Shown here one piece after another: positions 44,501 through 60,600 of a DNA stretch of 64,000 bases. The DNA is from Styela clava. Lineage: Eukaryota. The stretch is from positions 24,304,001 through 24,368,000 of the forward strand of contig NC_135250.1 in NCBI RefSeq assembly GCF_964204865.1. Direction: 5' to 3'. The translations under genes and the position numbers were made by a program. The notes beneath the pieces were generated by a model. It saw nothing but the letters and a program-made list of their open reading frames with translations. It was not told the origin of the DNA and searched no databases. How positions within the stretch are numbered: the first letter of the stretch is position 1; the number at the start of each line of letters is the position of its first letter.

Positions 44501-45511
44501 AATCTTGCTTTTTTGGTATTGCCTACCTGATGTATTACGTCCTGGTTGATAATTTAAATAAGTTCGTTACATTTTTTTAACAAAATTCAAAATAAGAAAT
44601 TGCCAGTTTGGAAGGACAGAAATCTTTCCTGCTTAGCATTGCCAAACCCGGAATTTGGGCTCGCTATGTTTAACCAGCGGTAATTAGGCCCATCACTCTA
44701 AGAAACGGGTTTTCCTGCAAAGTCGAGATCGGCAAAAAATATATCAAATTTTGCTTTTACTGCAAGAATACCCAAATTCTGCCAGATATATAAAATATCC
44801 GTTAAATATTGAAAACCGCAATCGCGGTTGATTAGAAATATTTACAGCGCATAATTCGCAATACAGTCAGCTCAAACTCACGCCCATGAATTGTCAAGAG
44901 GGTTTTTCATGACCATTTCGTACACCAGTAAAGCCCAATTAAACGAACCTAGCGGAAAACGCTTCGCTAAACTCAACGAGGTTTCGCGGACCAAAACAAA
45001 ACTCTTTTCGTGCCTATCTGCAAACGTATTGTGGAGCATTGAAGCCGGGTTTATCGTGGTACATCTGAATAGCTTTTGAAGTGCTTTACAAATCTAAAAC
45101 CTCTCAAAATTGGAAGTTTCTGCTGCTCCTCTAACTCAAGAGAATTCAAGAAGCAATCAAACAATTATTAAAAGATGCTGGTTTCCGAGAGTATTACTTC
45201 TTCAGAAAACGGAAATTAGTGTTTGGCATAGTATGGCCGCAGATAAAAGTTTGTATTATAAGTATGTCCCAGGCATGATTAAATTCATCGGTGTTCTAAT
45301 TTAAAAAACCTAAAGAATTTTCAATAAGAGATTCAAGTTTTTTGTCAATCATACTTACCTAATGATAATCACACCCTGAATGAAATTTAGTTCAAGTCAT
45401 AAGATTCTTGAAGTACAATAAGAGGAATGTTAAAAGAGTGATGGAAGAGTTCCTCGCCATATCAAAGCCACTAAAATGTTGTAGTGTATAACGGAAAGTC
45501 AACATTGCAAT

Positions 45512-45654
45512 AAAATGTAAAAATCTGGCAACCATAGTAAAAAAACTTAAATACTGGCAACCATCGTTAGAAAATGTAAAAATCTGGCAACCATTCTTGA
45601 AAAAATTGAAAATGTGGCAACTAACAATCAAAAAACTTAAAAATCTGGCAACAG
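45512..45654. repeat. Minisatellite, 5 copies of a unit of about 30 bp with TGGCAAC core
   Basis: TGGCAAC at 45526, 45555, 45585, 45615 and 45646, separated by A-rich degenerate linkers. Confidence 0.85.
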
Positions 45655-48600
45655 TTAAGAGATTTAGTTAGTGTTAGTGAAGTTGATAATGTATATTATA
45701 GAGGTTTGGTCACAAGACCTGTGGGATAGTTAACGTGTCTATTTTACAGAAATTTCAGAGAATTTCAATTTCAGAAATATTATGACAGACTAGTGCAAAA
45801 GTAACCTTTACCTGAGTCATATCCACACTGCCACGTGAAATCGTCGCTATTTTCACTCGCTACAACACATTCATCGATATCGTATATACACCATAAGGAC
45901 GCTGAGATAACAAAAGGCTGATTTCACACGAGCCTTGTTTATTTGTAATATCTTAGCAGAACTTTAAAGGCCCGATGCCGGACGACGCCGTGTTTTCATT
46001 GTAACTAGAAAACTTAAGCTCAGAAAGGAGCCCGTATTAACAATACTTTGTCATATTACCCAAGCCAAAATGGAACCTCCTATGTTTTAATTTATGATTT
46101 CATTTTTTAATTTACAACAGGACAAAGATGACACACGTATAATTTTAATATGTACCATATGTGTTGGTGGAATACAACGTTTTCAATAAGATGAAATCGA
46201 TCCCCAACGCGATAGTATTGTCCACAAGTCTATTATGTAAATGCTTACTACATAAACGGTCCCAATTGTCTTTCGTTGGCACGCTTGTTGTTACCTGACA
46301 GATGACAATCTGGTGACGACGTATTGAATGAAATTAACCCTCTATGCCCACCCAAAACATAATGTTATTTATTTGAAAGTTCAAGGGGTTAACGTCGATT
46401 GGGGCAATAATTGCATACGAAATAACAGGTTTTCGCTTGCTATTTGATGCATCAGGTGGGCTATTTGCCGTTTGATAACCACGGGTTAATATTTGTTATT
46501 TGATACCTATCCCCATTACTTTACCACGGTTTATTAAATAAATGCCAATGAAAGACGAAACGGAAATATCAGATTTGTTATTGTTTATCATCTATATCAC
46601 GGTACAGTAAATCAAAATCAATCATGGTAGGATGGTCATTCTGTGTATATTTCCACTGAAGCAGCAATGAGATACAGATGTCGAAATGAAACAGGTACTT
46701 CGGCATTAATTTACCCCCTACAATATTTCAAGGTGCGATTCCATGTAACAGTCGCGGGGAAACCCTCTTTGATTTAGTTGTTAGTGTTACCCAACCCATA
46801 ATTACCCATAAACATAATGGTTGGTTGAGCCTTTTTAATTCCAAACCGCGAGGAATTGGCTTTAATTTATTAAAAACCGTTCTCACGAACATTCTCCATT
46901 TTATGTGTAATTTTAGAAGCCTAAGACATTGTTTTGGGACAAATTTTGAACTAAAAATAAAGTGCTTTCTTCAAATATTTGCACCTGTGTTTGGCACGCG
47001 CAAGCTGCTGTTCGTGGGGCTTTGCACATATATACAATGTTACCTCAATTGGATGCAATTCGAAATGCATTGTGGCATTTTTAGTCAGTAGTCAAAACAA
47101 ACTCTTGTTAGGGAACTACAGGACCACAAATTCCTACAGCTTCTGTCATGATTGCATCATCGAAATTGGTCAAGGACCGAGTTTGCGTTGACACATACCT
47201 TGAATTGAAGGCCATATTGATGAAGGTTTATATTTTACAAATTTTGACAAATTGTGTTTCTCTGCGACAGCCGTCAAATACGATCTAGATACGGTACAAA
47301 ATAATCGACGAAAACTGTTACAATACTTAACAATATCGATTACCTTTACGATTGAGTGAAATATTGCATACGATGCTATATAGAAAAATATAAATAATCT
47401 TAGATATATTTATATTGGGAAGTCACAAATTCAATTCAGCTTCAATGAACAAGCAAGTAATTCTAAAACAACTTTGTTTTTAAATGTGAAGTCAAGCGCT
47501 TATCCTCTCCTTGTCAGGAAGTCATAATGAAAACAAAGATTCTTCAGTGGGCGGTGACTGAAATTGGCTATTTAGTGACTTTGCCAATTTGCCCTGTTCG
47601 GTATGAATCCTACGCGCGAACTACTGTTTTGTTTCGCATTTCCCGCCACTGATAATTCGAAAATCAAATTGAAATCACATTCATAGACAATGACTCAAAT
47701 TTATAGGTGAAGATTCCAAAGCACACTCATTGAAAAGTCATTCGATAAACAAAGTTGTTAAATCTACAAAGCGCTGCGGTTTCATAGTCACGAATTGTGA
47801 ATTTGATTTTCTCTGTGTGTACATGACAAGATCCTTGTTCGGGAGCGATGATATTAGAAATCTTAAGTAATTGTTCATGGAATTTTAGGGTTATTCACAT
47901 AACAAACAGTATATACTGTATAGGCTGAGCAGCTCCGCGAATTCTATGACTGTCAGAAAACCGCAGATGAAAGCAAGCTATGGGATAGAAAAATTCATCT
48001 CCGTTATTTGCGTTGCTAAGGTTATACGAGCCTATGTCTCTATGACAAGAAAATTTAAATTAGTTTATGAGTGGGATGGATATATAATTCTATACGCCAT
48101 TTGAATGGCCCATCCGCAGAATAAAACTCTTCGAAGTGATATAATTAAATACGTCACTTCGGAAATGACAGATACTTGAATTTATTTCGTGAAGCAAGTG
48201 TCGTCTTAACTGTTAATGTGGTTAGCAAACATGAAGGTGTTAGTAAAGAAAATGATTGCTGTTTGTTGATGAATTTTAGCGAGTAATAAATCAGAATAAT
48301 TATATTCCCACGCGCATAAAATACTCGCAGAATTGAAGTGTCATTATCATAATAAGTCGCTAGACTGGACAATCATAATAGTGCATACCGCAAGTGCAAG
48401 TTTGGATTTTGAAAAGTAAAATTCTGCATTAACAGAATATTTCCACAAATCTTAATAAAAATGGAAACATTTATCCGTGTAGGTATGCATTTTCCAATAA
48501 CTCGAATCCCTCAGCTGGAAGCTCAAATGCTGTCACAATAAGCCCCATCGAGTAATTTTAGTAGCAGACAGACAACCACAGAACAACACGTACTGTGGTA

Positions 48601-51600
48601 AACCACACAAAATGGATAATTCACACGTACTCAAACCCCTATTCGACTCTCAACGTTAAGTGCTTGTATCTAAGTTCCATCTCGTCTGATAACAAGTCCG
48701 AGAGCAGTGTTTTCCATCGCATCCTGGTAACAGGACTGTTGCCTAAACACTAATTTCATTGTTACCAGGCACCCAATATTGCGGGGAAAATTGCTAATAG
48801 CAGAAAACGACAAGGGCAAAGCGTGAGAAATTGGCGAAAATGCACGATTCTGTAATGAAAAGCACTTTATTGTGCTTCGTGTGAAAAATACATCTACTTC
48901 GCATAAGCGAAAGCCAGAACACGTCTCGGGGTCAAATTCCATGCCACACCACCTCACTCAGCGTACTATAATAATGGGTAGACAATGCTGAAACGAAAAG
49001 ATTACGGTCCCTTCAAAAATATTAGCTATTACATATCGTTAGATATCAATGGCTGCATGTACTTGGCCTTGTTCTGGGCGAAGGACGCGAAAAGGCGTCA
49101 TATGAAAATTGTAATATTGCCGACGTCCAGAGTTACAAAGTGTGTAGGCGATTCTTTAAAACAACATCGACTTTCCTATCGCAACGACGGCGTTTCACGT
49201 TAACCAAATTGCTTATATAAAAGCTATGTCGAAATACAAAAACTCTTAACTCTTGTCGACTTTATCCTGTTTTAACAGTGGGCACTTGACTTTTGTTCAA
49301 CGATTGTACAAGTCTGCTACTCCTGAATATTCACTTGTTCCATGTATGGCGGAATGGTTGTTAAATATTTGCAGAGCTACCAGCAGACGAGTTAAATGTG
49401 TTGGCTGTGCCGCTAGCGGTATACAAAGCTATTAAAATCAGCATACCCAAAACAGCATTATCAGGCTTCCCAAGAGATGAATTTTGATGTTCTTGAGATG
49501 GAAATTCCGAAATATTACTTTGTTTACTGTGCAGTTTTGCTAATTTTTTTTTAATCATTTATTATTATAGTAACCCATATTTATGGACACAAACTAGTCA
49601 AGCTGTGCAAAACCCAGTGTGCGAGGTGCGCGTACAACTGGATAAGGATTCTTTGAAGATTGAAGAAAAAACGTTAACGGAGTTAATAGGCCTAGAGGGG
49701 AAGATATCGAAAAAGGTTTGGAATCTCCTGTCCAACCATATGTATAGTAGTTTGTATAAGGGACCGATTCATATCTCAAATAAATAGCATTCCAAGGTCT
49801 TTTTTCTAAACGTTCGGATTCCGTGTGATTTAAAATACACTAAAAGGACATCACAAAACATGTTATCGCAAACATTTGTGTGAGAAAACACAACTTAAAT
49901 GCCAATACCGTGTTGGAATTCGAGTTATTTTCTACTCTCACTCACGCAATAGATTTTATTCCACGCGAAAAAAAAAACTTCAAAAGTACATCGATACGAC
50001 TTAGCGTGACAAGACTCGGCGCTGAGAACGACAAAAGAAATCGGCGTCTGATTCTTTACAAGAGGTTCAACAGAATAGAAATCCTACACTTCAAGGCGAC
50101 AAACATGGTTTCACAAATTGTTTTGGGATAAATAAGTTACATACAGACCATGTATGAATATGATATAGTCTATCCATTGCTATACTTTTGACGGGGTGAA
50201 ATAATTTTGAAATCCTTTACAGATTCGTTGAGGCTTTGGTTAGTTGCCCCCGGACTAAAATCGTTATGGTACATGATTATCGCTTAAAAGCGCCCACCCA
50301 ATGGGATAACGAGCACAAATGAAGGATAATTGTGCTTTAGGCGCGATAAATCACATTAATGGCAGGATTGAGAAATTCCTATTTTTTAAATTTTTGATTC
50401 CGTTTTATTTTTGCCAAACTGTGAAGAATGTTTTAACAAATTCATCTATATGGAATTCATTATACTATTCACTAGCAAGCTTGCGACAATATGTATATCA
50501 ATATAGAGGTTTCGATAATTATTGAGTTACTGGAACTAGAGTTACCGTTTGGGTACGTGAATGCGTTTCAAAACTTCGGCATAAGTTCTTGTTACATTCA
50601 GTACATTACGCAAATAAAGCTCCGTGCAACTCTCCACACCCTGTCTTTGTCGAGAACAACGCCTCATTAAACTTACTGCCTTTGGCATGTTATGAACGTA
50701 TGTACCGTATACGAACTATCAATTCTAGGTCAAAGCGCTCATAAAAACGACAAAAATTCAAATATACGATCTAGAGTCGTAAAATTACAATCGGGAAACA
50801 AAATAAATTAAGCTACATTAACGCATCTTTGAGTTATAGCCTGTCGAAACCCAAATTATCAAGATTTGTTATGTCATATTGATTTGATAAATATGTATCT
50901 TTTATTGTGAAGAGCAATTACACTCGAACATATATCATACTAAATAGAAAATAATCATTTATGTATTTGTTCATATGACGAACATCACGGCTATCGCTTC
51001 AAGTGAAAAAATACATTTTTAGGTTTTGATAAAAATGCCAAATTAAGATAAGTCGTTGAGAACAATTTCAAATATAAATGGGCTTGGTAAAAATACGGGT
51101 AAACGAGGCATCATAGAGGTATTACCATCAGTCATATGTGAAGAGACATTCTGGCGCTAATATTTGATAACTGAAAGGCTACAGAATCTAAAAAATAGTC
51201 AAACACAAGACGTGATTGAACCACACTGTTCGTAATATTTTGATCGAAAGATTATTATCATGGGCCTTTGGGGAAACAATACTAATGAATTTTAATATTA
51301 GGAAACATAATTACTTTTCCATTTTACGGTAATCTGCGTTTATTTGTGTTGAATTTTACGGTTTATGATCAAAAAATAACGCGACAAATTTCAATATAAT
51401 CTTTCACATTTTACACTTTTACCTAAAATAAAAGTAAACAAACTAAACCTAAAATTTAGACGCATCACCTTGTTATCAAAATGCATGACCAGGGTGTTAT
51501 TATGAATCGGGCCCAAAATATTTGCGGTATTCCGATGAAGTGACGTTCAATCAAGGTTTAAGACGCTAAAATCAGTCTTGAATTGGGCAACTGGGGTCAT

Positions 51601-54600
51601 TTGAAATATTTTAAATGAAAACTCTACAGATGGTGATCGATGAAAAGTTACGATGTTTGTTTTCATAGCTGGTCAGTCCAATGAAAACATTTTGAACGAA
51701 GTTTTAACAGCATCGCGTGGCAAAATATTAAAACAACAAAAATTTAATTAGAATTGGTGCAATCATTAATATTGTAAATTATATAACATTTGTGGAACTA
51801 TGTCAAATAACACTTAAATTTTTTCAGTCTCGAAAAATCTAACAACTTGAAACGAAAGCGAAATGCTTCTGAGCGTACTGCACAAACAAGCGTGTAGATA
51901 GAAAAACACATTGCACTCAGCAACCCTAGTTCAGTAAGCTGAAATAATTCGGCTATGTCCACCACTCATTGTCCACTTATATAAAAACCTAAGTGCTTTT
52001 GGATTTGAATGCTATGTTCATAACGAAATACATTGGACAATTAGGGCCGGGTATATTATAGTAAATGAACCGTGTAGGTATAGCGGGGGTTGCATACTTA
52101 ACGTTGATAACATCAGGGCGTTGAAATTCATTTGTCAAAAATGGATTAAATGGTTTTGATTGATTGATCCCTTTGAAGCACTTTTGTGTGGGAATAACAT
52201 TGAAGGATAGATGCTTGAAAAGCAGAAATTACTGCTATCACCACTACTGAGACCAATTCAAAAATGCAATATAAATTTCACTCTAGAATGTGTCACGCCC
52301 TTGGTTACACGCTTTGAATTGAAATTTGTTTGACGTCATATTACGTGTTATATTACCCAATATTTTGGATGAGCTTTTCTTGGTGGTTTTTGGCTTCGCG
52401 GTAAAAGATAAGATTTCGATCGACGATAAAACGACGGTGTAATCGCTGATAATTTCGATGTTCACGATTTTATCCGAGTAGGTACGTTTTCCCACGCCTT
52501 CCACATACATTTAAATTATCGTAGACGTTGAGAATAAATCCTCTGTCATAGCTACGAATGTCACAGAAAGCTTCGTAACTTGGGCACACATTGGTATCAA
52601 TGGAGTGAGTTTATCCCTTTACATCGAGTTAATACATAATCAAATAGGCGTTTCGGTCACCATCCGTGTATCGCAAACTCGTTTATGAGTTACAATACGA
52701 CCTGAGCAGATCACACATAAAAAGTGACATTTGGAAAGGATTTTGTGTGTTTCAAACAAGGCGGGAATTGCCCTAAAATCACAGCCATATTGTCATTTTG
52801 GATTGATGTATGAGGGAACGTAAAACCTTGGTAAATAGATGACGTTAAAGGCAATGTATAGGTATAAAGTGGGGAATAGCGGACTGTGTTACTATATCTC
52901 AATGGAGAGAGAGCAGAGGTAACTCTAAAAAACATTAAACTCTCTAATCTAGTAATCATGTTATTATAGTCCGATAAAATAGTACATGGAGAAGTTTTCA
53001 ATTGCATACTTGCGTCCAACTTAATTTTTCTATGACTTAATCGCATGTACTTATCATTAAACGTTGCAGACTAATAAACAGTTATAATGCACAATCGGAT
53101 TTCAATATTGTATAACAAAGAGATATTAAAACGGCGTATCAAGTAGGATACTTTGTATAATTAGAATGTCAATATGTGGAGTTATGATATTATGACTGTA
53201 AAACGAAAACCAATCAATATATGGATAGTGAGGAATGAACGATAGTAATATGAAATCGAGTAATATTTTGTGGTGGTGGTTATAGCATACAGCTGGCCTA
53301 AAACCACGGATTGCATTTCAAAATTTTTGACTGGTTGGATTAAGATTAGAACCCTTAAAACAGAGCAATTTTGATTTATCAAGACAAAACTTATACGGAT
53401 TTACGACCTTTTATTACGGCACCAATCTCCAAGAAAATTGGACATCAAAGAGAGGATTATCTCTTAGAGATGCTATTAGGGCGATAATAACAATATATCC
53501 CTCAAGAGAGGGGCATGGATACACCGTGCTTTATGTACATGCCATGGATAGTCACTGCTAGATTCAACAACTCCCATGGTATAGGCGTTGTCTCTCAGTT
53601 TTCATAATAAATGTGAAGGATATTATCCTTGTGTTGCAACATCTGACGAAATTGAGTAACATGTCGTAGCATCGATACCGAGGAGAGTAGTTTGGTGCTA
53701 GACTCTTGCGTGCCTTGGGGCAAATATAATATTATGAAAGGTCATAATCTGGGATAACATATCACCACAAATAAATTCGATCATTGAAAAAATAAACTTG
53801 ACTTTTGCCCAGAACATCTTTTTCACAACGATCACAAATCAAAAAGCTTCGTGCATAACGCAAGAATTAAACGTCTAATTTCCATAACCTATACATAGAA
53901 GTCTTCGCCGCAAAATTTAACACAAACGGTAACAACAAATAATGCATAACCGCTATTCAGCGTGAAAAACACCACGAATCTCGCTTTTAAGTTCATGCCA
54001 CGCACAACACCTACGAACCTTTTTGACCTTTGATAAAAATCAATCTCAATATGAGAAAGTTTCCAATGCGCTTATAGCATACTACTTGGAGGTATAACAA
54101 ATGGGGTATGATCGATTAAGCATGAGAACAACGCGATATATATGTGGGCCACACTTAGAAAATTAAATCAACCAAATATCGAAAATGTATAAATAATAAT
54201 TCGAACGCTTTATTGTGGGTTTACGTAAAAACATACGTCAATAAAGTTAATGCTTTGTGGTTAGATCAGCAATTTGGATCTTGTTTTTTATCTTTCATTG
54301 TTCAGACCCAAAAATAGTAAACAAATTAAGCCACATCGCTAAAGTTTGGGCCGAATTTTTGTATTTGAATAATCTCACATTAAAAAAATCTTTAATCATA
54401 TGAAAAACTTTCAATTTAAGTCAGTTCAGTTTTAGACACTCATACGAAAACAGGAAATCCTATATCAACCCCCGACCCCTTTATACAGCCCCATGGACGA
54501 TCCATCTCGCTATTTTCGTCGTATGCATTGATGCGCTAATTTTAACGTCTGAACTCTTTTTGCTGATACCGTAATCGTAATTTCTTATGTTAGTCATATC

Positions 54601-57600
54601 CATATTTGATGTATGGAGTCATGTTAAGGTGTTTATAGCGCAATTCAATACCGACATCCAGCCATATTAGGAGTGTGACGTCAAAAACCGTGAATAATTT
54701 TGCTCCAAATTTTATGAAACGTTGAAAACAATACCGGTAACCGTAACCGAATGCATAAAGACCTATTGTACTTAGTAGATTGAGTCCCTGACAAAGCAAG
54801 TCCCATATCTGTACGTTCCAAAGCGAGGGTTAGAACTTGAAACAAGACTATTTTATTCCTGGTTTATCTTTGGTTCATCTCTGGAAATAGATGAAAATGT
54901 TTTTTTAACTAAGACGAATGGCTAATTAGATGATGTCATACGTTAAAAATTCGCGTTTTCGTAACACCAATAAAAATTTTAAACGGTTTTCAAAAATAAA
55001 CGTAAGTGCGAGAAACTGAACGTAGATGGGAGTTGAAATGCGGTCAACAGCCCTTCGACCTGGAGAGTTGAATTTCACTTCACTTTGGCGGAAGATAATT
55101 TTCTATCGATGACGAAGTTTTGAAATAGCTGAAGCGAAAAAAACACAAAGGAGAACTGATGCGAAATTTTGATAACAGAAGTCTTGTTTCTATGTTATGA
55201 CGCACCGTTTCTTCTGCTTATGATAAAGTCCCGTTAGAATAACTTTCATAAATAGGGTAAATGCTGTCAGCGGACACACTCCCATACACAGAAGTTCATA
55301 TGTATAAACAAGCCAATATTGGAAGAAACATACGACTTCGTTTTGCGAAGTTATTGGGTGGAGTGGCTATTTGTCTGAAAGAATAGAGAACACCTATGTC
55401 AATATAGAACATTGCTACCCGGATTACGCGCGTTAAAACATTTCAAATACACCGTACAGACACGTACAAAATTCTATTTTTGTCCAGTGGCAAAGTAGCC
55501 GCTGTAAAACCGAGATATTGGATAAAAATAACGCACAGGTGTGATAGACGAAACTGACCAACGGTTCAAATTTATATCTTCATGGATACCGAAGTAATTT
55601 AGCATAATACAGTATTCAATTTACCTTGTTGGCAAGAACCATATGTGATTTAAATATATTTTTATAAATGATTACAATAAATTTAAAGATATTAAAATTT
55701 TAATGAGATAAGTTTGATAGTATAACCATTATAGCACAAATTCGAACATTCACATCGTTGGTAGAGTTGTATTTGAAAAACCTCACATTAACAAAATCTC
55801 GAATTATGGAAGAAGCCAATTTCCGTCGGTACAGTATTAGAAGAGACTCGTATAAAAACAAGGAATCCATATTAAACACCCAACCAACCCCCTTATGTAA
55901 CTATTTCTCTTTTTGAAATAATGATTGAAATATATTTTCAGATTTCAAATTGCAATTTGAAAAATTTCGTCCGAAACCATACACGGTTTAACTACATCAC
56001 CACACAATCGGATATAACCCATGGAATTGATCTTCAAATTCATTGCGTGGGAAAAACTCTACAGGCGGTCCGATTTGTCTCACAAATTTAGTTCCCAAAA
56101 CCGGTTACGTAATGGGAAAGACAAAAAAAACGAGAAACACAAAATAAAGCGGTAAAGTACGAAGCTCAAGAGAGGGAGGGATATCACACAAAAACTACCG
56201 GATGTTGTTGTTCTTACGTTCCGCTTTTACTACCAACAACCACAGTTGGGAGTTTATTCGGACAAATAAACTATTTTTCGGTTCCGCGAATGTAAGAAAA
56301 TACAGCAATTTCATTGGTTTAACGGCAGTACTTCCCAATTCATCAACAATTTTCTTACTTTAGTTCAGTGGAAATAACCTTGATCGAAAATTTTGTGAAC
56401 GATACACTATGTGCGAACGAAAGGATTCACCCGTTGAAAATCCTATGATCCAAAATAGGCCAGGTATAATGATAGCCTGCGCTGTCCGCAAATCTTTTCT
56501 GTGCGTGCGAAACAAATAATTTCAAGGCAAGGGCTATAATTTGAAACAATTGAATCAGAAATACAGAAATGCGTTTAAATCGTGGATATCACGCAATACT
56601 GTACTTCATAAGAGATACGTACATACATATAACTAATGAAAAAGCGATAGCTGTTCGGTTATACTGATAACTGGCTAACTGCTCAAAGCGGTCAGAAAGG
56701 GGCGGACATACTAACGTTAATTTGTATCCATATTCTGGGTTTAATTTCATATTCGGATAATAAACTAGGGACTCCTTTCACCACTGATTCTTACGAATAT
56801 CCAATATACATCGGTTATTGATCGAATTAAATCACGGTGATTTAGGCCGCACGTTGTCGGTTTGTTCTTATTGTTAATAAGAGCGTAATAATTTAAATTC
56901 ACTAATCTCTTTGTATTAATGCATCACGTGATGTGACGTAATAATCTTGGAGCAAGGTACATGGTGACGTAACAAACCTCAGATTAGCGGAGATGATGTC
57001 TTCAAGGAAATTGGAATCAGTAAACAAAGTTTCCTAAATTAACTGGCTTCCATTAGCAAATAATAAACATGGCTGCACAAAAATAGAAATTAATAAGCTA
57101 GCTGTCGATATGGTGAGGTAGCCAACGACAGGGTAATTATTATGAATCGATTTAAACCAAGAATCGAAGACAATTGCCTTTTATATTTCAGCGTTTTGTG
57201 CTGTATTTATTGGAAAAAAAATTCTATTTTCATCTTCGATGCGCACAATGATATTTTGGACTCGATAAATGTTACATGAACTGCAGAAACAACAAATATG
57301 CTAATTAAACGTTTTTAACTGCAATTTTAAAGCAAACGATACAACAAAATTAAAAATTTCTAGGTAAGGCAGCGCACAAAGTGCAATTTTCTTGAGGAAT
57401 TTCATTAAACGCAGACAAAATTTCGGAATAGGTTACAATTAAATGCGAATTGCGCGTGTTACGGTCAAGTACTGGAATTTATTTACGACAAACAAATTAC
57501 AGGACGGTGCAGTTGTAAAAAAATTCTTTTTGGTTACTTAAATTTCATTGTCAATCATTCTGTAATAAAATGTTTACACACTGAGCCCTCTTATGTCCCC

Positions 57601-60600
57601 AATAAGAACGTAGAAAATTAGTAATATAGAAAATCTGAAAATTTAATGATGACATATTTTGTCGACTAAAACAAAAGTATCCCAAATGAACAAACATATT
57701 ACAAAAGAAGCATTGAATTCGTATAATACTTTGAACAACAAAAAATTTAGCCTTTTCCACTAAGACGAAAACTTTTGATTTAAGCCGCTTTAGTATTTAA
57801 AGACATGTCATGTGGCCTTTGTTAAGCGCACCAAGCCGGATATTCGCTGTATTGGTTTTGATAAATATATATTAAAACTGATTTACGCCATTGAAGGAGT
57901 GACAAAGTACTTGCATATATACCTTGTATAACTATATTTCAAAATCTGTACAGCTAGGCAATACGACCAAACTGCCTGATCACCCCGTCGTCTAAAAAAG
58001 TACCGTAATTCTAATTGCATCACCTCTACGTGATCTATTGGAAACGCAACGAAACCCATTATACACAAAAATCGTTGAAGACTTCTATTTTCGTTTAAGA
58101 TAAGACCGTTAGATATGTGATTCGTTTTCGATTTCGACTATTGTAATCATTAAAACCCTACAATACGGGAATCCACGCATATCGGCATTAAAATTCTTAC
58201 ACGCGATTATGACGTAATAACTCCCAGTGTTTGACAAGTAACGGTGATTTATATTGAATGAAACCTTTACAAAAACGCCAAACCGAAATAACACTTTAAC
58301 TAAATATAGATTTCATTTTGATTTGTGTTACTATTAAAAGCTGTATTCAATATAGCGTTACAACCGAAGCATTACAGAGCGTTTTTGGCAGTATTTTGGC
58401 GCCAAAAGAAATATCCGGTAACGGTTTCACCTATGTTTTGGGTTGTAATATTAAAACTCGGTTTCTTTACGATTCTTTTCATTAAATACCTTTCTCTAAC
58501 AGTGGTCACTTTTGTATGAAATGTGTACGCGTATTTAGTTACACCAAGGACGCGTGTTTCTTCCGCGTTGCAATGTATAACAGTATAATAGTCGATAATA
58601 GGCAATCTGTTATCACTTGTACGATATCTACATCTTATAGACTTAGAGTCAGCCATCTGGCGTATAAAGCTTTGTCGTATTTCAAAGATATACCGAAGTG
58701 AACAGAGCGGTAAATAGGTCGAACAACGTGATACATTATAGTTTTAAACTCTATTTCTTTGATATAGAAACACTCCATGCTGGGATATTAATCGATAGAT
58801 ATTGCATAAATGTTTGTATCCTGTTTTATATGAACCGGTCGAGTTTCTACAAATTATAAATATTTTCACAAAATTGATGAATTGGCTTTTTTCAAATTAT
58901 ATGAAATTCAGCATAACATTATAATTAGTCCGTAATCGGATAATAAGTACCACCAAATTTGGTGTTTAGTGACAAATTTGTAGGTTTTTCAATTATTTCA
59001 CTGGAAATTATATATAATTGATATAAATTAGAAGCATTAAGAAACTAGGTACTGGTAACGAGAATATTACAAAATTGAATTCAAAATAATCTGAATCTTC
59101 AATAATATTTCCATATATTTATGCGAAAAGCCTTCGAATTAAACAAGGTCCTAGAACAGCATACTACTGTACACAATAGACCACTCAATATTAGAGAGGG
59201 ATGAAATTGAACCGCCTAAGCACAGCCCTACCCTTTTAATGCCATGTGCTGTGATAAATTGGTGGGTATGAGGGTGAAGCTCGAGATATAGATTGTCCAA
59301 CAATGTGAATATTATCTCGATTTATAATAAAATCATGACATGACAGAATAGATAAGTGGTTTCAGCAATGTTTTCTGATATGGGGGCGCTCACCAGATGC
59401 AACGATTGCTGTGATACAAAGGGTAACGGACTGGCGACTTTGTTGCGAAACCGCCACGCGTCAACCATCATGGCGTAAACAAATCGCGGCGCCTTTTGCT
59501 AAGAGCAAATAGACCAAAACCAAGCGGTTTACAGACACATATCAGGGGTATCTATTACATAGGACGTTATAGTGGGCTTTTAGGTAAAAGCCTTGAGCAG
59601 AAAACCATTTTGGTAGCCAGGTGGCCATTACAGCGATGCGTCTGAGAAATAGGTTTGGAGGTCGATGCTGATATTTTTAGGCTGTTCGGGATTTTTTTCT
59701 AAGTTAAATGCAGAGACGCTGATGCTATCAGCTAAACATAATGGGACAATTGCCGTGTGGTGAAACTCGGGACAATTTTGTATAGATTCGTAAAATCATG
59801 GTCATTATCCGGAATGGCGACATGTACTGCGTGATATATATTATACGTAATGTAAAAATAATAGTCACGTTATTGCGTCAATTCAAAATTACGTCATCAC
59901 GCAAACGATAATTTTAAGCGAAGTGCCACGTATCACACAAAGGCATAAAATATTTAGTTCTTGGTCGTGTATGGTGTATGATTTACCCCGCTACGGTATA
60001 TAGGCTATGGATCAATCGCTTAAATGAATAATTAAATACTCATGCCACGATAAACTTACAATAATCTTCGTTTTGAAAAAAATAAATGACCATCGTTCCC
60101 TAAATTCAAAGACAATCATACGCTAACGTAAATTCGGTCGAAAATTGATACAACGCTAATCCTCAATTTCAAGGTAAATTGGTCTACTGGGAAATACCCC
60201 ATCAGTTTATGCAGTAATCCCGTTTTATCTCAGAACTTAACGTGGACCGAAACATTTCAGATATACAATTATTATTGAGACGCGCAATCAAGCATGACGT
60301 ATGGCATTTGACCTCTAATATCAAGGCCAAATTATTTGCATCGATCTTTCTTGGGTCGATATTGGAAAAGTTTGGCGAGCCAAACTATATGGATGAAAAA
60401 TAACAGACTTGAATCATTGGCCAGAGATAATCAATGTATAAAATGCCAGCCCACGAAAAGCACATGTATGATAAACATATAATATGTTCGCGACATTTTA
60501 GTCAAAATACTTTCGCCTGGAAATCGATAGGGTGCACTTCCATTAAGAGACATTTTCTCATCTTTTTGCCTCATTACCATTTCAATCCACTCAATTCAGC

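Noticed and set aside
45512-45654. CRISPR-like array
   Set aside because: Eukaryotic context, only a 7-8-bp core, linkers similar to each other, and no cas genes.
49594-49787. Protein-like 60-aa ORF (VCEVRVQLDKDSLKIEEK...) in the LURAP1 intron
   Set aside because: No family recognised, non-ATG start and no convincing splice sites; a BLASTX search would be needed.
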